Assembly: GCA_031384385.1 (NCBI GenBank)
Contig: JANNAN010000017.1
Span: 3,020 to 67,019, forward strand
DNA from: Candidatus Tayloriibacteriota bacterium
GTDB taxonomy: Bacteria; Patescibacteriota; Minisyncoccia; Phycocordibacterales; PALSA-1337
Direction: 5' to 3'
DNA: 64,000 nucleotides
This document shows, one piece after another, positions 8,450-19,338 of the stretch; within the stretch, counting starts at the first letter, position 1, and each line of letters opens with the position of its first letter. Position numbers and translations under genes: made by a program. The notes beneath the pieces are model-generated. The model had not been told where the DNA came from. It ran no database searches and saw nothing but the letters and a program-made list of their open reading frames with translations.

Positions 8450-8854
8450 ATGGATACATCAAATACAAATAAAAAACTTTCCATACTCTTCGTTGACGAT
8501 GATCAATTTTTGCTTGATATGTATTCTCTGAAATTTTCAAATAATAATTTTGATGTTCATATTGCAAGAAATCCAGAAGAAGCTTTGAAAATACTTAGAA
8601 ATAATTTTATTCCAGATATTATGTTACTTGATGTTGTGATGCCTGGAATGGATGGTATTGAACTTCTGACTATTATTCGCAATGAAAATTTGGCAAAGGG
8701 AAGTGTAGTCATAATGCTTACAAATCAAGGTCTCCCAGATGATGTGATTAAGGCCAAAAAACTCAATGTAGATGGCTATTTAATAAAAGCCACTACTATT
8801 CCTTCCGAAGTTTTATCTGAGGTAAATAAAATTTATTCAAATTTAAGAAAATAA
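8450..8854 (+). CDS. Single-domain response regulator (CheY-like receiver), between pilB and pilT
   Basis: LSILFVDDD...DIMLLDVVMPGMDGIELL receiver motifs. No output domain. Confidence 0.7.
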   Translation: MDTSNTNKKLSILFVDDDQFLLDMYSLKFSNNNFDVHIARNPEEALKILRNNFIPDIMLLDVVMPGMDGIELLTIIRNENLAKGSVVIMLTNQGLPDDVIKAKKLNVDGYLIKATTIPSEVLSEVNKIYSNLRK

Positions 8855-8857
8855 TAT

Positions 8858-9916
8858 ATGGATTATAGAAAAGATATAGAACAGCTTGTAAATATGGTAA
8901 TAAATGAAGGTGCTTCAGATTTGCATCTTTCTGAAGCGCGTAATCCTGTTATTAGAGTTGCTGGTGTCCTTATTCCGATTACAAAAAGATCTGTTTTGAC
9001 CAAAGAAGATTTGAAAGGTTTTTTAAATGAATTTTTGAGTGAAGAAAATAAGGTTTTATTACAAAAAGATCGTGATGTAGATTTTTCATATAGCCTTACA
9101 AATGCTAGATTTCGTGGAAATATATATTATCATCAAGGTGAGCTTTCAATTGCCCTAAGACTTATTCCAAAGAAAATTAGTACACTTCAAGAATTAAATT
9201 TACCTCCAATTCTTGAAACATTTACTCGACACCAGCAAGGATTCTTTTTGGTAGTAGGTCCTATTGGACAGGGCAAGTCTACAACACTGGCTGCTCTTAT
9301 TGAAATGATAAATCAGACAAGAACAGAACATATTATGACCATTGAAGATCCTATTGAATATCTGTATGAATCAAAGAAATCAATTATAGATCAAAGAGAG
9401 GTTAGGATAGATACTCCAGATTTTAAAGATGCACTTATTGCAATGTTCCGTCAGGATATCGATGTAGCTTTGGTAGGAGAAATGCGCGATTCAGAAACTA
9501 TGGCAACTGCTGTTACAGCAGCAGAAACTGGTCACCTTGTATTTTCTACACTCCATACAAATAATGCTGCACAAACCATAAATCGTATCATTGATTCATT
9601 TCCAGCATCTCAACAAGATCAAATCCGTATTCAATTGGCAAGTAGTTTGACTGGTATTTTTTCTCAAAGACTAATACCTAGAATTTCTGGAGGTCTAATT
9701 CCAGCTTATGAGCTTTTGATAAATAATAATGCTGTTTCAAATTTAATTCGTGAAAAAAGAATTCATGAAATAAATAGTGTTATAGAAACAAGTTCTGGTG
9801 ATGGAATGATAGATATGAATCGTTCACTAGCAGAATTAGTTCGTTCAGGTGAAATAACAGTAGAAAATGCTTATTTAAATTCTAATAATCCCAAGACATT
9901 AGAGCGTCTTGTCTAA
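8858..9916 (+). CDS. pilT: Twitching-motility / pilus retraction ATPase PilT
   Basis: Walker A VVGPIGQGKSTTLAALI and GHLVFSTLHTNNAAQTINRIID. Size 352 aa. Confidence 0.85.
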   Translation: MDYRKDIEQLVNMVINEGASDLHLSEARNPVIRVAGVLIPITKRSVLTKEDLKGFLNEFLSEENKVLLQKDRDVDFSYSLTNARFRGNIYYHQGELSIALRLIPKKISTLQELNLPPILETFTRHQQGFFLVVGPIGQGKSTTLAALIEMINQTRTEHIMTIEDPIEYLYESKKSIIDQREVRIDTPDFKDALIAMFRQDIDVALVGEMRDSETMATAVTAAETGHLVFSTLHTNNAAQTINRIIDSFPASQQDQIRIQLASSLTGIFSQRLIPRISGGLIPAYELLINNNAVSNLIREKRIHEINSVIETSSGDGMIDMNRSLAELVRSGEITVENAYLNSNNPKTLERLV

Positions 9917-9925
9917 TATATTTAT

Positions 9926-11134
9926 ATGTTATTTATTTATAAAGCTGTAGATGAAAAAGGGGAACAAAGATCTGGATCAGTAGATGCAGTAAATATAGAT
10001 GTAGCTATTGCCTCACTCCAAAGAAGAGGATTTGTTATCACAACAATAAATGAAGAGGGTGTTAATAAATCATTCCTATCAACAAATATATCTTGGCTTG
10101 AAAGAGTTTCCAATAAAGATGTAGTTATTCTTTCTAGACAACTTGCTACATTGTTTGAAGCTCAGGTTTCTGCGCTTCGTATTTTTAGACTTCTTGCTGC
10201 AGAAACAGAAAATGTTGCATTAGCAAAAAAATTAGTAATGATATCAGATGATTTGCAGGCAGGTAGTCAGATTTCAGCTGCTTTGGCAAAACATCCAAGA
10301 GTGTTCTCAGATTTTTATGTCAGTATGGTAAAAGCAGGTGAAGAATCTGGTAAATTAGATGAAACTTTCAATTACCTTGCAGATTATCTTGATCGTACAT
10401 ATGAATTAGTTTCAAAAGCCAAAGGAGCTCTCGTTTACCCAGCATTTGTTGTTATTACCTTTGTTACTGTTATGATTCTAATGTTCACAATGGTTATTCC
10501 AAAAATTAGTGGAATTCTAGTAGATTCCGGTCAAGAAATTCCATTCTATACAAAAATCATTCTTGGTATAAGTAGTTTTTTGGTAAGCTATGGTTTTATT
10601 CTTCTTGCTATTGTTGTGGTGGGTGGATTCTTCTTGATACGCTATATTCGTACTCCGTCAGGCTCTATTATTTTTGATAATTTTAAATTGAGTATTCCAT
10701 ATATAAGTAATCTATTTAGAAAGCTTTACTGGTCACGCTTGGCAGACAATATGAACACGATGCTTATTTCTGGTATCCCCATGATTCGTGCATTAGATCT
10801 GACTTCTTCTGTTATAAACAATTCTATCTATCGTAAAATAATTGCTGATTCTGTAGAATCTGTAAAAGCAGGTAAGGCATTGTCCGAAGCTCTTTCTGGA
10901 AACGATGAAATACCTGGAATTATGATTCAGATGATTAAGGTGGGTGAAGAGTCTGGAGAGCTCGGTGCTATTCTTAAAACTCTAGCTAAATTTTACGCTA
11001 GAGAAGTAGTTACTGCTGTTGATGCTCTTGTAGATCTTATTGAACCTTTGATGATTGTTTGTTTGGGTGCTGGTGTGGCTATACTTCTAGCTTCTGTACT
11101 TATTCCTATTTACAATGTAGCTAGTTCACAATAG
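9926..11134 (+). CDS. pilC: Type IV pilus platform protein PilC (GspF family)
   Basis: Two repeated GspF-like domains, each with TM segments. Size 402 aa. Confidence 0.8.
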   Translation: MLFIYKAVDEKGEQRSGSVDAVNIDVAIASLQRRGFVITTINEEGVNKSFLSTNISWLERVSNKDVVILSRQLATLFEAQVSALRIFRLLAAETENVALAKKLVMISDDLQAGSQISAALAKHPRVFSDFYVSMVKAGEESGKLDETFNYLADYLDRTYELVSKAKGALVYPAFVVITFVTVMILMFTMVIPKISGILVDSGQEIPFYTKIILGISSFLVSYGFILLAIVVVGGFFLIRYIRTPSGSIIFDNFKLSIPYISNLFRKLYWSRLADNMNTMLISGIPMIRALDLTSSVINNSIYRKIIADSVESVKAGKALSEALSGNDEIPGIMIQMIKVGEESGELGAILKTLAKFYAREVVTAVDALVDLIEPLMIVCLGAGVAILLASVLIPIYNVASSQ

Positions 11135-11153
11135 AGCTTGGTTAATTAAGTCT

Positions 11154-11264
11154 AAAAAGTATATTGTCCGACTCAAGAGGTTTTACATTGATTGAATTGC
11201 TAGTAGTTATAGCTATTATTGGTATTCTGTCATCTGTAGTGTTGGCGTCATTATCAACAGCGAG
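11154..11264 (+). repeat. Pilin 5' cassette, copy 1: 5'UTR plus the conserved N-terminal coding region. About 110 nt near-identical to the copies at 12070-12180 (inverted) and 12496-12606.
   Basis: Identical string aaaaagtatattgtccgactcaagaggttttacattgattgaattgctagtagttatagctattattggtattctgtcatctgt. Confidence 0.85.
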
Positions 11265-11598
11265 GACAAAAGGAAAGGATGGATCTGCAAAAGCTAGTAT
11301 GAGTTCACTGAGAACTCAAGCAGAACTTGCGGTTGATGCAAGCGGAAATTATCACAGTGCGATCTGTACCGCGGCTGGAAATGCAGCCACACCAGGTCTT
11401 TTAACTTTAATCACTGGTATTAATGCTCAAGTTCCAACCGCAAATGCAGCTGACTGCGATGTTTCTGCATCTCCATATTCTGCATGGGCAGTGGGCGTAA
11501 CATTAAATGATGCCACATTTTTTTGTGCAGACAGCACTGGATTTAGTGGAAAAACAGCAGCTATAAAGGGTGCAACAGCTACAGTTTGTACTCCATAA
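11164..11598 (+). CDS. Type IV major pilin (prepilin), paralogue 1, TTG start
   Basis: Leader MSDSRG followed by FTLIELLVVIAIIGIL (class III signal, Glu5). Variable C-terminal domain with Cys pair. Confidence 0.8.
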   Translation: MSDSRGFTLIELLVVIAIIGILSSVVLASLSTARTKGKDGSAKASMSSLRTQAELAVDASGNYHSAICTAAGNAATPGLLTLITGINAQVPTANAADCDVSASPYSAWAVGVTLNDATFFCADSTGFSGKTAAIKGATATVCTP

Positions 11599-11642
11599 TA
11601 ACTTAATAGTCTAATTACAAATTTAGTTAGTAAAAAACCATC

Positions 11643-11673
11643 TTAACAAAAGATGGTTTTTTAAATCTGCGGT
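11643..11673. terminator. Bidirectional Rho-independent terminator between the convergent pilin genes
   Basis: AAAAAA-CCATCTT-aacaa-AAGATGG-TTTTTT. Confidence 0.7.
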
Positions 11674-11693
11674 AATTATTTAAGAAATTATAA

Positions 11694-12194
11694 TTACAGA
11701 CACACTGTTGTTGCAGCTGCGATTGAACTTGTTAGTGTAGTTGTATAATCTGCACCTGAACTATTAGACTTTCTTGAAACTCCAGTACTATCAACACACC
11801 AAGCCCCTGTTGATGTGACCGCTGATACCGCCCAAGCAGAGCCGTTAGATGAAGGATTGCCAGTAGCTGAGGCACATCTTACATTTGCTAAAGTAAGTCC
11901 ACCACCCAAAAGATTTCCTAAGCCACTGTTAGCTGTATCAAATAATGTTCCACTTGTTGCCGCACAAGGAGTAACAGCTGTAACAGCAGTACCATTTGCT
12001 GTATATAATTCAGCTTGTGCTCTCATTGATGCTAGTTGTGATTGTATTTTTGCATCATTCCCCTTACTTCTAGCAGTAGATAATGACGCCAACACCACAG
12101 ATGACAGAATACCAATAATAGCTATAACTACTAGCAATTCAATCAATGTAAAACCTCTTGAGTCGGACAATATACTTTTTGTGTTTCTTTTCAT
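11694..12194 (-). CDS. Type IV major pilin (prepilin), paralogue 2, inverted orientation
   Basis: MKRNTKSILSDSRG then FTLIELLVVIAIIGILSSVVLASLSTARSKG. The N-terminal 110 nt is identical to paralogues 1 and 3. The C-terminal domain is divergent. Confidence 0.8.
   Translation of the reverse strand: MKRNTKSILSDSRGFTLIELLVVIAIIGILSSVVLASLSTARSKGNDAKIQSQLASMRAQAELYTANGTAVTAVTPCAATSGTLFDTANSGLGNLLGGGLTLANVRCASATGNPSSNGSAWAVSAVTSTGAWCVDSTGVSRKSNSSGADYTTTLTSSIAAATTVCL
12070..12180 (-). repeat. Pilin 5' cassette, copy 2, on the minus strand. It forms an inverted repeat with copy 1.
   Basis: Reverse-complement identity to 11154-11264 over about 110 nt. Confidence 0.85.
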
Positions 12195-12495
12195 AACAAA
12201 ATAAATTAACTTAATAAATAATAAAAATAAAACTTATAACATAAGTATATCAAAAATAGAAAGAATAGCTTCATAGTGGATATGTGGATAACTTTTAGTG
12301 TTGCAAAATATGGCTATTTTAGTGATTAAAAATAAAATTTGTCTTAATTTAATAAAAGAAATCGTATGATCTTAAGCTGTTCTATATTTAAATATAAATG
12401 AGTAAAATATTTAATCGATATTTAATTTAGATAAAAATTAGCAAATAACTAGGTTTTTAATATAAATACGCATATTACAGACATAATCTTGGTCT

Positions 12496-12606
12496 AAAAA
12501 GTATATTGTCCGACTCAAGAGGTTTTACATTGATTGAATTGCTAGTAGTTATAGCTATTATTGGTATTCTGTCATCTGTGGTGTTGGCGTCATTGAATAC
12601 AGCGAG
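12496..12606 (+). repeat. Pilin 5' cassette, copy 3
   Basis: Identical to copy 1 apart from 1-2 mismatches over about 110 nt. Confidence 0.85.
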
Positions 12607-12970
12607 AGGAAAAGGTGCGGACACAGCCATTAAGGGGAATCTAGCCGGCATTAGAACACAAGCCGAAATATATTACGATGGAAATTCAAATTCATATGGT
12701 ACTCAAGCTTCAAGCACTATTACATCTTCAACTGGTGTTTGTGGAGGAGCGGGTATATTTAGTGATGCTAATGTTACAGCCGCGCTTAAATCAGCAATGT
12801 CACAGACAGGAGATACTGCAAAAGGGTATTGTGTAGCGAATGGCACTTATTGGTCAATTGCTGTACCTTTAAAAACAGATAATACATCATCTTGGTGTGT
12901 GAGTTCAGCTGGAAAGGCACAATCAATAACTACTGCCGCAACTGCTGCTGCATTCGTAGGTTGTTTATAA
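12506..12970 (+). CDS. Type IV major pilin (prepilin), paralogue 3, TTG start
   Basis: MSDSRG then FTLIELLVVIAIIGILSSVVLASLNTARGKG. Divergent C-terminal domain. Confidence 0.8.
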   Translation: MSDSRGFTLIELLVVIAIIGILSSVVLASLNTARGKGADTAIKGNLAGIRTQAEIYYDGNSNSYGTQASSTITSSTGVCGGAGIFSDANVTAALKSAMSQTGDTAKGYCVANGTYWSIAVPLKTDNTSSWCVSSAGKAQSITTAATAAAFVGCL

Positions 12971-12997
12971 TAAAATTAGTTTTATTTATTTTTCTCA

Positions 12998-13035
12998 AAA
13001 CCCCTCGCCACTCGGCGGGGGTTTTTGTGTTTTTA
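12998..13035 (+). terminator. Rho-independent terminator after pilin paralogue 3
   Basis: AAAACCCCTCGCC-actc-GGCGGGGG followed by TTTTTGTGTTTTT. Confidence 0.65.
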
Positions 13036-13478
13036 CTTCAGCATTATACTGAAGAAGTGTTTACTATTGTCTTTGATTTGTCTAATAACAACTGTAATTT
13101 CTTGATTGTCTATTTTCCCAGTAAATGATCAGAAATTAGTAAAATTTTTGTCTTTGATATTTTTATTAAAATCTTTAATTTTCTTACTAGGACTCACTAT
13201 TTTGGGTGCATATTTAATTAAATTTAGTCTTCTGATTTGCTCATGTATTTTTCTTTATTTTCTGTATGAATATTTTGTGTTTTTTGTTAAGCATTAGACA
13301 ATTTTAACAAAGCCCAGATAAAGATCTGATAAAGAAGTTCTAAAGAAATGATAAAGATTTTTTGTGAATAAAATGAATATAGCCGTAGAATACAAATTTT
13401 AGCCACATGTTAATAGAATTTATATTCTGTGGACTTCTCTTGTATAAAAATTATGATTTTATTGCTATAATTGATTAT

Positions 13479-13979
13479 ATGAATATTAACTATACAAGAT
13501 TTAAAAAAGGTTTTACATTAGTAGAGCTAATGATAGTGATTGCTATTATTGGAATTTTAACAGCTATTGTTACTTCAAATTTTTCTCAATCAAAAGCAAA
13601 ATCAAGAGATGCTAAGCGCATTTCTGATCTTGCGCAAATTCAACTAACATTAGAATTAGCTTTTGATAGATGTAATGCATATCCAGCTAATATAAACGAT
13701 ACAAACACAGTTGTATGTTCGGGCTATCCTTTAAGTTATTTTATTTCAGTAATTCCAAAAGAGAATTCAACGACTGGTTATGATTATATTACGAATGTAG
13801 CATCTACAGACTATGTTTTGGGGGCTAAATTAGAAACAAATAGCAGTGCATTAGTAGATGCGATAACAGCTTTTCCATCTAGCTTTGGACCTACTATTAC
13901 TAGTTTTACAAGTGGTAATAATAACTGCACTCATAGTAATCCAGCTGGTCCATTCTATTATTGTGTTCAACCAAAATAA
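13479..13979 (+). CDS. Pilin-like protein with a prepilin-type N-terminus
   Basis: MNINYTRFKKG then FTLVELMIVIAIIGILTAIV. The upstream N-terminal extension in the ORF track is unlikely. Confidence 0.65.
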   Translation: MNINYTRFKKGFTLVELMIVIAIIGILTAIVTSNFSQSKAKSRDAKRISDLAQIQLTLELAFDRCNAYPANINDTNTVVCSGYPLSYFISVIPKENSTTGYDYITNVASTDYVLGAKLETNSSALVDAITAFPSSFGPTITSFTSGNNNCTHSNPAGPFYYCVQPK

Positions 13980-13983
13980 ATAA

Positions 13984-14781
13984 ATGCCAACATTCTTCTT
14001 AATTTATTCGTTTGTAATTGGTGCAATAGTCGGTAGCTTTTTGAATGTTGTTGCTTTGAGATATAACACTGGCATGACATTGAAGGGAAGATCAAAATGT
14101 TTTTCTTGTGGTAAAAATCTAAATTGGCGTGAACTTGTACCAGTTTTTAGTTTTCTATTTCAAAAAGGTAAATGTAAAAATTGTAAAAGTAAAATTTCTT
14201 GGCAATATCCTCTTGTTGAAATAATGGCTGGAATTTTATTTATAATGATTTTCTTTGTTTTTCCACCTACAACTATTCAAGAAAGTTTCACTACTCTATT
14301 TTATATTTTTGTAACTTGCTTGCTTTTGATTATTACAATTTATGACATAAAACATAAAATTATTCCTGATTCTATGTCATATACTTTTAGCGCTGTGGCT
14401 TTAGCTCATCTATTTATTGGTTCAGATTTATCTTTTATTATTCCAAATTGGACTCAACTATTAGCTGGCCCGCTTCTATCTTTGCCTTTTGTATTAATGT
14501 TCTTAATTTCAAAAGGTACTTGGATGGGTCTTGGTGATGCAAAACTTGTTCTGGGAATTGGATGGATACTGGGTATTTCAGCTGGAATATCAGCTATAGT
14601 TCTAGCCTTCTGGATAGGTGCAGTTATAAGTATAATGTGGATGTATATTATTTTTAGAAAAATTAAATCTAGATATGAAATACCATTTGGACCATATTTG
14701 ATTTTGGGTATGTATATTGTTCTTTTGTTTGAAGTTAAAATAATTGATCTTAGACCTTTTTATGAAATATTCTTTAAATAA
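13984..14781 (+). CDS. pilD: Prepilin peptidase PilD (A24 family leader peptidase / N-methyltransferase)
   Basis: N-terminal CxxC...CxxC (CFSCGKN...CKNCKS) Zn-binding region and a multi-TM A24 peptidase body. Confidence 0.8.
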   Translation: MPTFFLIYSFVIGAIVGSFLNVVALRYNTGMTLKGRSKCFSCGKNLNWRELVPVFSFLFQKGKCKNCKSKISWQYPLVEIMAGILFIMIFFVFPPTTIQESFTTLFYIFVTCLLLIITIYDIKHKIIPDSMSYTFSAVALAHLFIGSDLSFIIPNWTQLLAGPLLSLPFVLMFLISKGTWMGLGDAKLVLGIGWILGISAGISAIVLAFWIGAVISIMWMYIIFRKIKSRYEIPFGPYLILGMYIVLLFEVKIIDLRPFYEIFFK

Positions 14782-15331
14782 TACAAAAGGATTTACACTT
14801 GTAGAACTAATGATTTCTGTAGGCATTTTTGCAATGATGACTGCACTTCTTCTTGCAAAATTCGGAACTTTCAATCAAGGTATTCTTCTTTCAAATTTAG
14901 CTTATGATGTTGCTCTTACTATTCGTAATGCTCAATCTTATGGATTAAATGTAAAAAGTGCCGATAGAGCAACTAATGTTTTTGATTATCCTTACGGAGT
15001 TCACTTCGTAGCTGGAGAATCTAAATTTACATTTTTTGCTGATGTTAATTCTAGTGGAGTTTATGATAGTGGTGATGATAGTATTCCAACTCAAATTACA
15101 AATATCAAAAGAGGAAGTAAAATATTAAAAATTTGTTTAAATTCAGATTGTACACCTCCACCAACACCTCCAACAACTCTAGACATAACTTTTAAAAGAC
15201 CAGATCCAAATGCTTTGATACGCATAGATGGAGGAACGAAATCTTATGCTAAAATTGTTCTAGAAGCTACCGATGGTTCAATAAGAAATATTGTCGTGAG
15301 ATCAACTGGTCAGATAGCGGTTGAAGATTAA
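14762..15331 (+). CDS. Minor pilin / pseudopilin
   Basis: MKYSLNNTKG then FTLVELMISVGIFAMM prepilin signal. Start chosen at the internal Met. Confidence 0.65.
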   Translation: MKYSLNNTKGFTLVELMISVGIFAMMTALLLAKFGTFNQGILLSNLAYDVALTIRNAQSYGLNVKSADRATNVFDYPYGVHFVAGESKFTFFADVNSSGVYDSGDDSIPTQITNIKRGSKILKICLNSDCTPPPTPPTTLDITFKRPDPNALIRIDGGTKSYAKIVLEATDGSIRNIVVRSTGQIAVED

Positions 15332-15336
15332 AAATT

Positions 15337-15972
15337 ATGAATAAAGCCCAATACAAAAAAGGATTTACTTTGATAGAAATGATAGTATCATTGGGGATTT
15401 TTACTATTGTAGCTTTGGTGGCTGTTGGTGCATTGATAAAAGTTATGGATGCAAATAAAAAATCAATTGCATTAAAAACTGCTATAAATAATATGAATTT
15501 TACTCTAGAATCAATGTCTCGCGAAATGAGAGTGGGGAGCGAGTATCATTATTATAATACCAGTTCTCCTAGTATATTAACAACATTTTCGGCTGGTTCA
15601 GAAACTGGTGGTGTATCAGGCGAAGATGGAATGACTTCATGGACAATTGCTTTTAATTCATCAAAAAGACATTCAAAAACTACTCCAGACACAGGATCAT
15701 GTCATCTTATTTATGCATATAGATTTATTTATAATATCGCTGGAAGTAAATTACAAAAAGCTCAGCAAACAGATTGTGAGACAGCTTCAGATGATAATTC
15801 TTTTGAAGATCTGATTTCTCCAGAAGTAAAAATCACAAAATCTTTAGTTGAGGTTAATACTGAAGGACAACCCTATGTTTCTTTCTTTTTTAAGGGATAC
15901 AGTGGAGCTAGAGCTAGAGAACAAGCAGAATTTACTGTACAGTCTTTGGTTTCTCAAAGATTACCAAATTAA
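15337..15972 (+). CDS. Minor pilin / pseudopilin
   Basis: MNKAQYKKG then FTLIEMIVSLGIF. Confidence 0.65.
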   Translation: MNKAQYKKGFTLIEMIVSLGIFTIVALVAVGALIKVMDANKKSIALKTAINNMNFTLESMSREMRVGSEYHYYNTSSPSILTTFSAGSETGGVSGEDGMTSWTIAFNSSKRHSKTTPDTGSCHLIYAYRFIYNIAGSKLQKAQQTDCETASDDNSFEDLISPEVKITKSLVEVNTEGQPYVSFFFKGYSGARAREQAEFTVQSLVSQRLPN

Positions 15973-15975
15973 TTT

Positions 15976-16455
15976 ATGCATAATTTAATTAAATTAAAAA
16001 ATAATAAAGGATTTACAATTATAGAAACTCTTGTAGCTGTAGCTATTTTAATGATTTCTATTGCTGGCCCACTAACTATTGCACAAAAAGGTTTAACCGC
16101 AGCTATTTATGCGAGAGATCAGATTACAGCTGCATTTTTGGCACAAGAAAATATGGAATTGATAAGATCTAATATAGATAGTCTAAATTTGGCAAATTTT
16201 ACGACTAATGTTGTTGACCAGAATTTTTGTTCATCAAGTAATACTTATGGCCTTTTAAATATTCAAACCACTGATGGTAAATATGGTTCTTTGGATGGTG
16301 TTCCTAGTCGTTTTTCTCGTCTTTTCTGTTTTAAGAGAATGGCAACTGATGATGTAAATTATGAAAATGAATTCACTGCAGTAGTAAAAGTAAAATGGTC
16401 AAATGGAACTGTTGAAAATGAAGTTATTCTGGAGAATGAATTATTTAAAATATAA
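15976..16455 (+). CDS. Minor pilin / pseudopilin
   Basis: MHNLIKLKNNKG then FTIIETLVAVAIL. Confidence 0.65.
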   Translation: MHNLIKLKNNKGFTIIETLVAVAILMISIAGPLTIAQKGLTAAIYARDQITAAFLAQENMELIRSNIDSLNLANFTTNVVDQNFCSSSNTYGLLNIQTTDGKYGSLDGVPSRFSRLFCFKRMATDDVNYENEFTAVVKVKWSNGTVENEVILENELFKI

Positions 16456-16457
16456 AA

Positions 16458-17006
16458 ATGATAAAATATAATATATTAAAAAATAATAGAGGGTATACAT
16501 TACTTTTTGCAGTTCTAGTCTCTTCTATTGTTTTGGCGGTTGGTATTTCGATTCTAACAATTAGTAAAAAAGAATTTTTACTCTCATCATCTGCTCGAGA
16601 TTCTATTGTTGCATTCTATGCAGCTGATAGTGGATTGTCATGCGCTATTTTTAGTATTGAACAAAATCCAGGAAATTTTTCTACCACTACAGCAAGTGCT
16701 AATATTCGCTGTATGCAAAAAGATTTTAGTACAATAGCAATATCGCCAGCTACCCCCTCGATTATTTTTAATCTTAATGATGATACTTTTACTTTTCATT
16801 TAAAAATTAGTCAAGATAGTAACAGTAAGGTATGTGCTGTTATAGAAGTTAAAAAATTCTATGAATATGATACTGACTTTGCACAAAATATTCTCATGAC
16901 AACTATTATTTCAAAAGGATATAATCTTGGTTGGAATGATTCATCAAATACTTGTTCAGCCCCTAGCCCTCGTCGTGTAGAGCGTGCCCTAGAATATACT
17001 TTCTAA
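16458..17006 (+). CDS. Minor pilin-like protein (PilX/GspK-like)
   Basis: NNRG then YTLLFAVLVSSIVLAV hydrophobic N-terminus. Last gene of the pilin block. Confidence 0.5.
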   Translation: MIKYNILKNNRGYTLLFAVLVSSIVLAVGISILTISKKEFLLSSSARDSIVAFYAADSGLSCAIFSIEQNPGNFSTTTASANIRCMQKDFSTIAISPATPSIIFNLNDDTFTFHLKISQDSNSKVCAVIEVKKFYEYDTDFAQNILMTTIISKGYNLGWNDSSNTCSAPSPRRVERALEYTF

Positions 17007-17025
17007 AACAATATGATATCCTTAG

Positions 17026-19020
<1,995 letters not shown>

Positions 19021-19040
19021 TTTTGCTATACTATAAATCT

Positions 19041-19334
19041 ATGATAACTGTAAAGGAAATTGAAAATCTAGCCAATCTTGCACGAATTAAATTGAATGAT
19101 GATGAGAAGCAAGGTCTTACAAAAGAAATTGATTCTATATTAACTTATATTGATCAAATAAAATCAGCGAAGGTTGATATGGATCAATCAGCTAGTGTCG
19201 GCGTGAATCGTAATATTTTCCGTGAAGATATTTCAGAAGATTCTACTCCTGAAGAGCGTGAAGGTATATTGGCTGAAGCCCCAAATAGAGAAGGTGATTT
19301 TATTGCTGTTAAGAAAATAATTGCACAGGATTAA
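19041..19334 (+). CDS. gatC: Asp/Glu-tRNA amidotransferase subunit C
   Basis: MITVKEIENLANLARIKLNDDEKQGLTKEIDSILTYIDQI matches GatC. Start chosen at the ATG rather than the upstream TTG. Confidence 0.75.
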   Translation: MITVKEIENLANLARIKLNDDEKQGLTKEIDSILTYIDQIKSAKVDMDQSASVGVNRNIFREDISEDSTPEEREGILAEAPNREGDFIAVKKIIAQD

Positions 19335-19338
19335 TTTT

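Noticed and set aside
8044-8567. Minus-strand ORFs overlapping the pilB 3' end and the REC gene
   Set aside because: They are antisense to well-supported genes and have AT-rich, low-complexity translations.
11815-12204. Plus-strand 129-aa ORF antisense to pilin paralogue 2
   Set aside because: It lies fully within a pilin gene whose product has a canonical prepilin N-terminus. It is an antisense artefact.
12892-13297. ORFs 12892-13128 and 13106-13297 after pilin 3
   Set aside because: They cross a clear intrinsic terminator, are AT-rich and low-complexity, and have no start context.
13387-13429. 12-bp imperfect inverted repeat AGAATACAAATT ... AATTTATATTCT upstream of the pilin-like gene
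   Set aside because: It is AT-rich and could arise by chance in 30% GC DNA. It is noted only as a possible operator.
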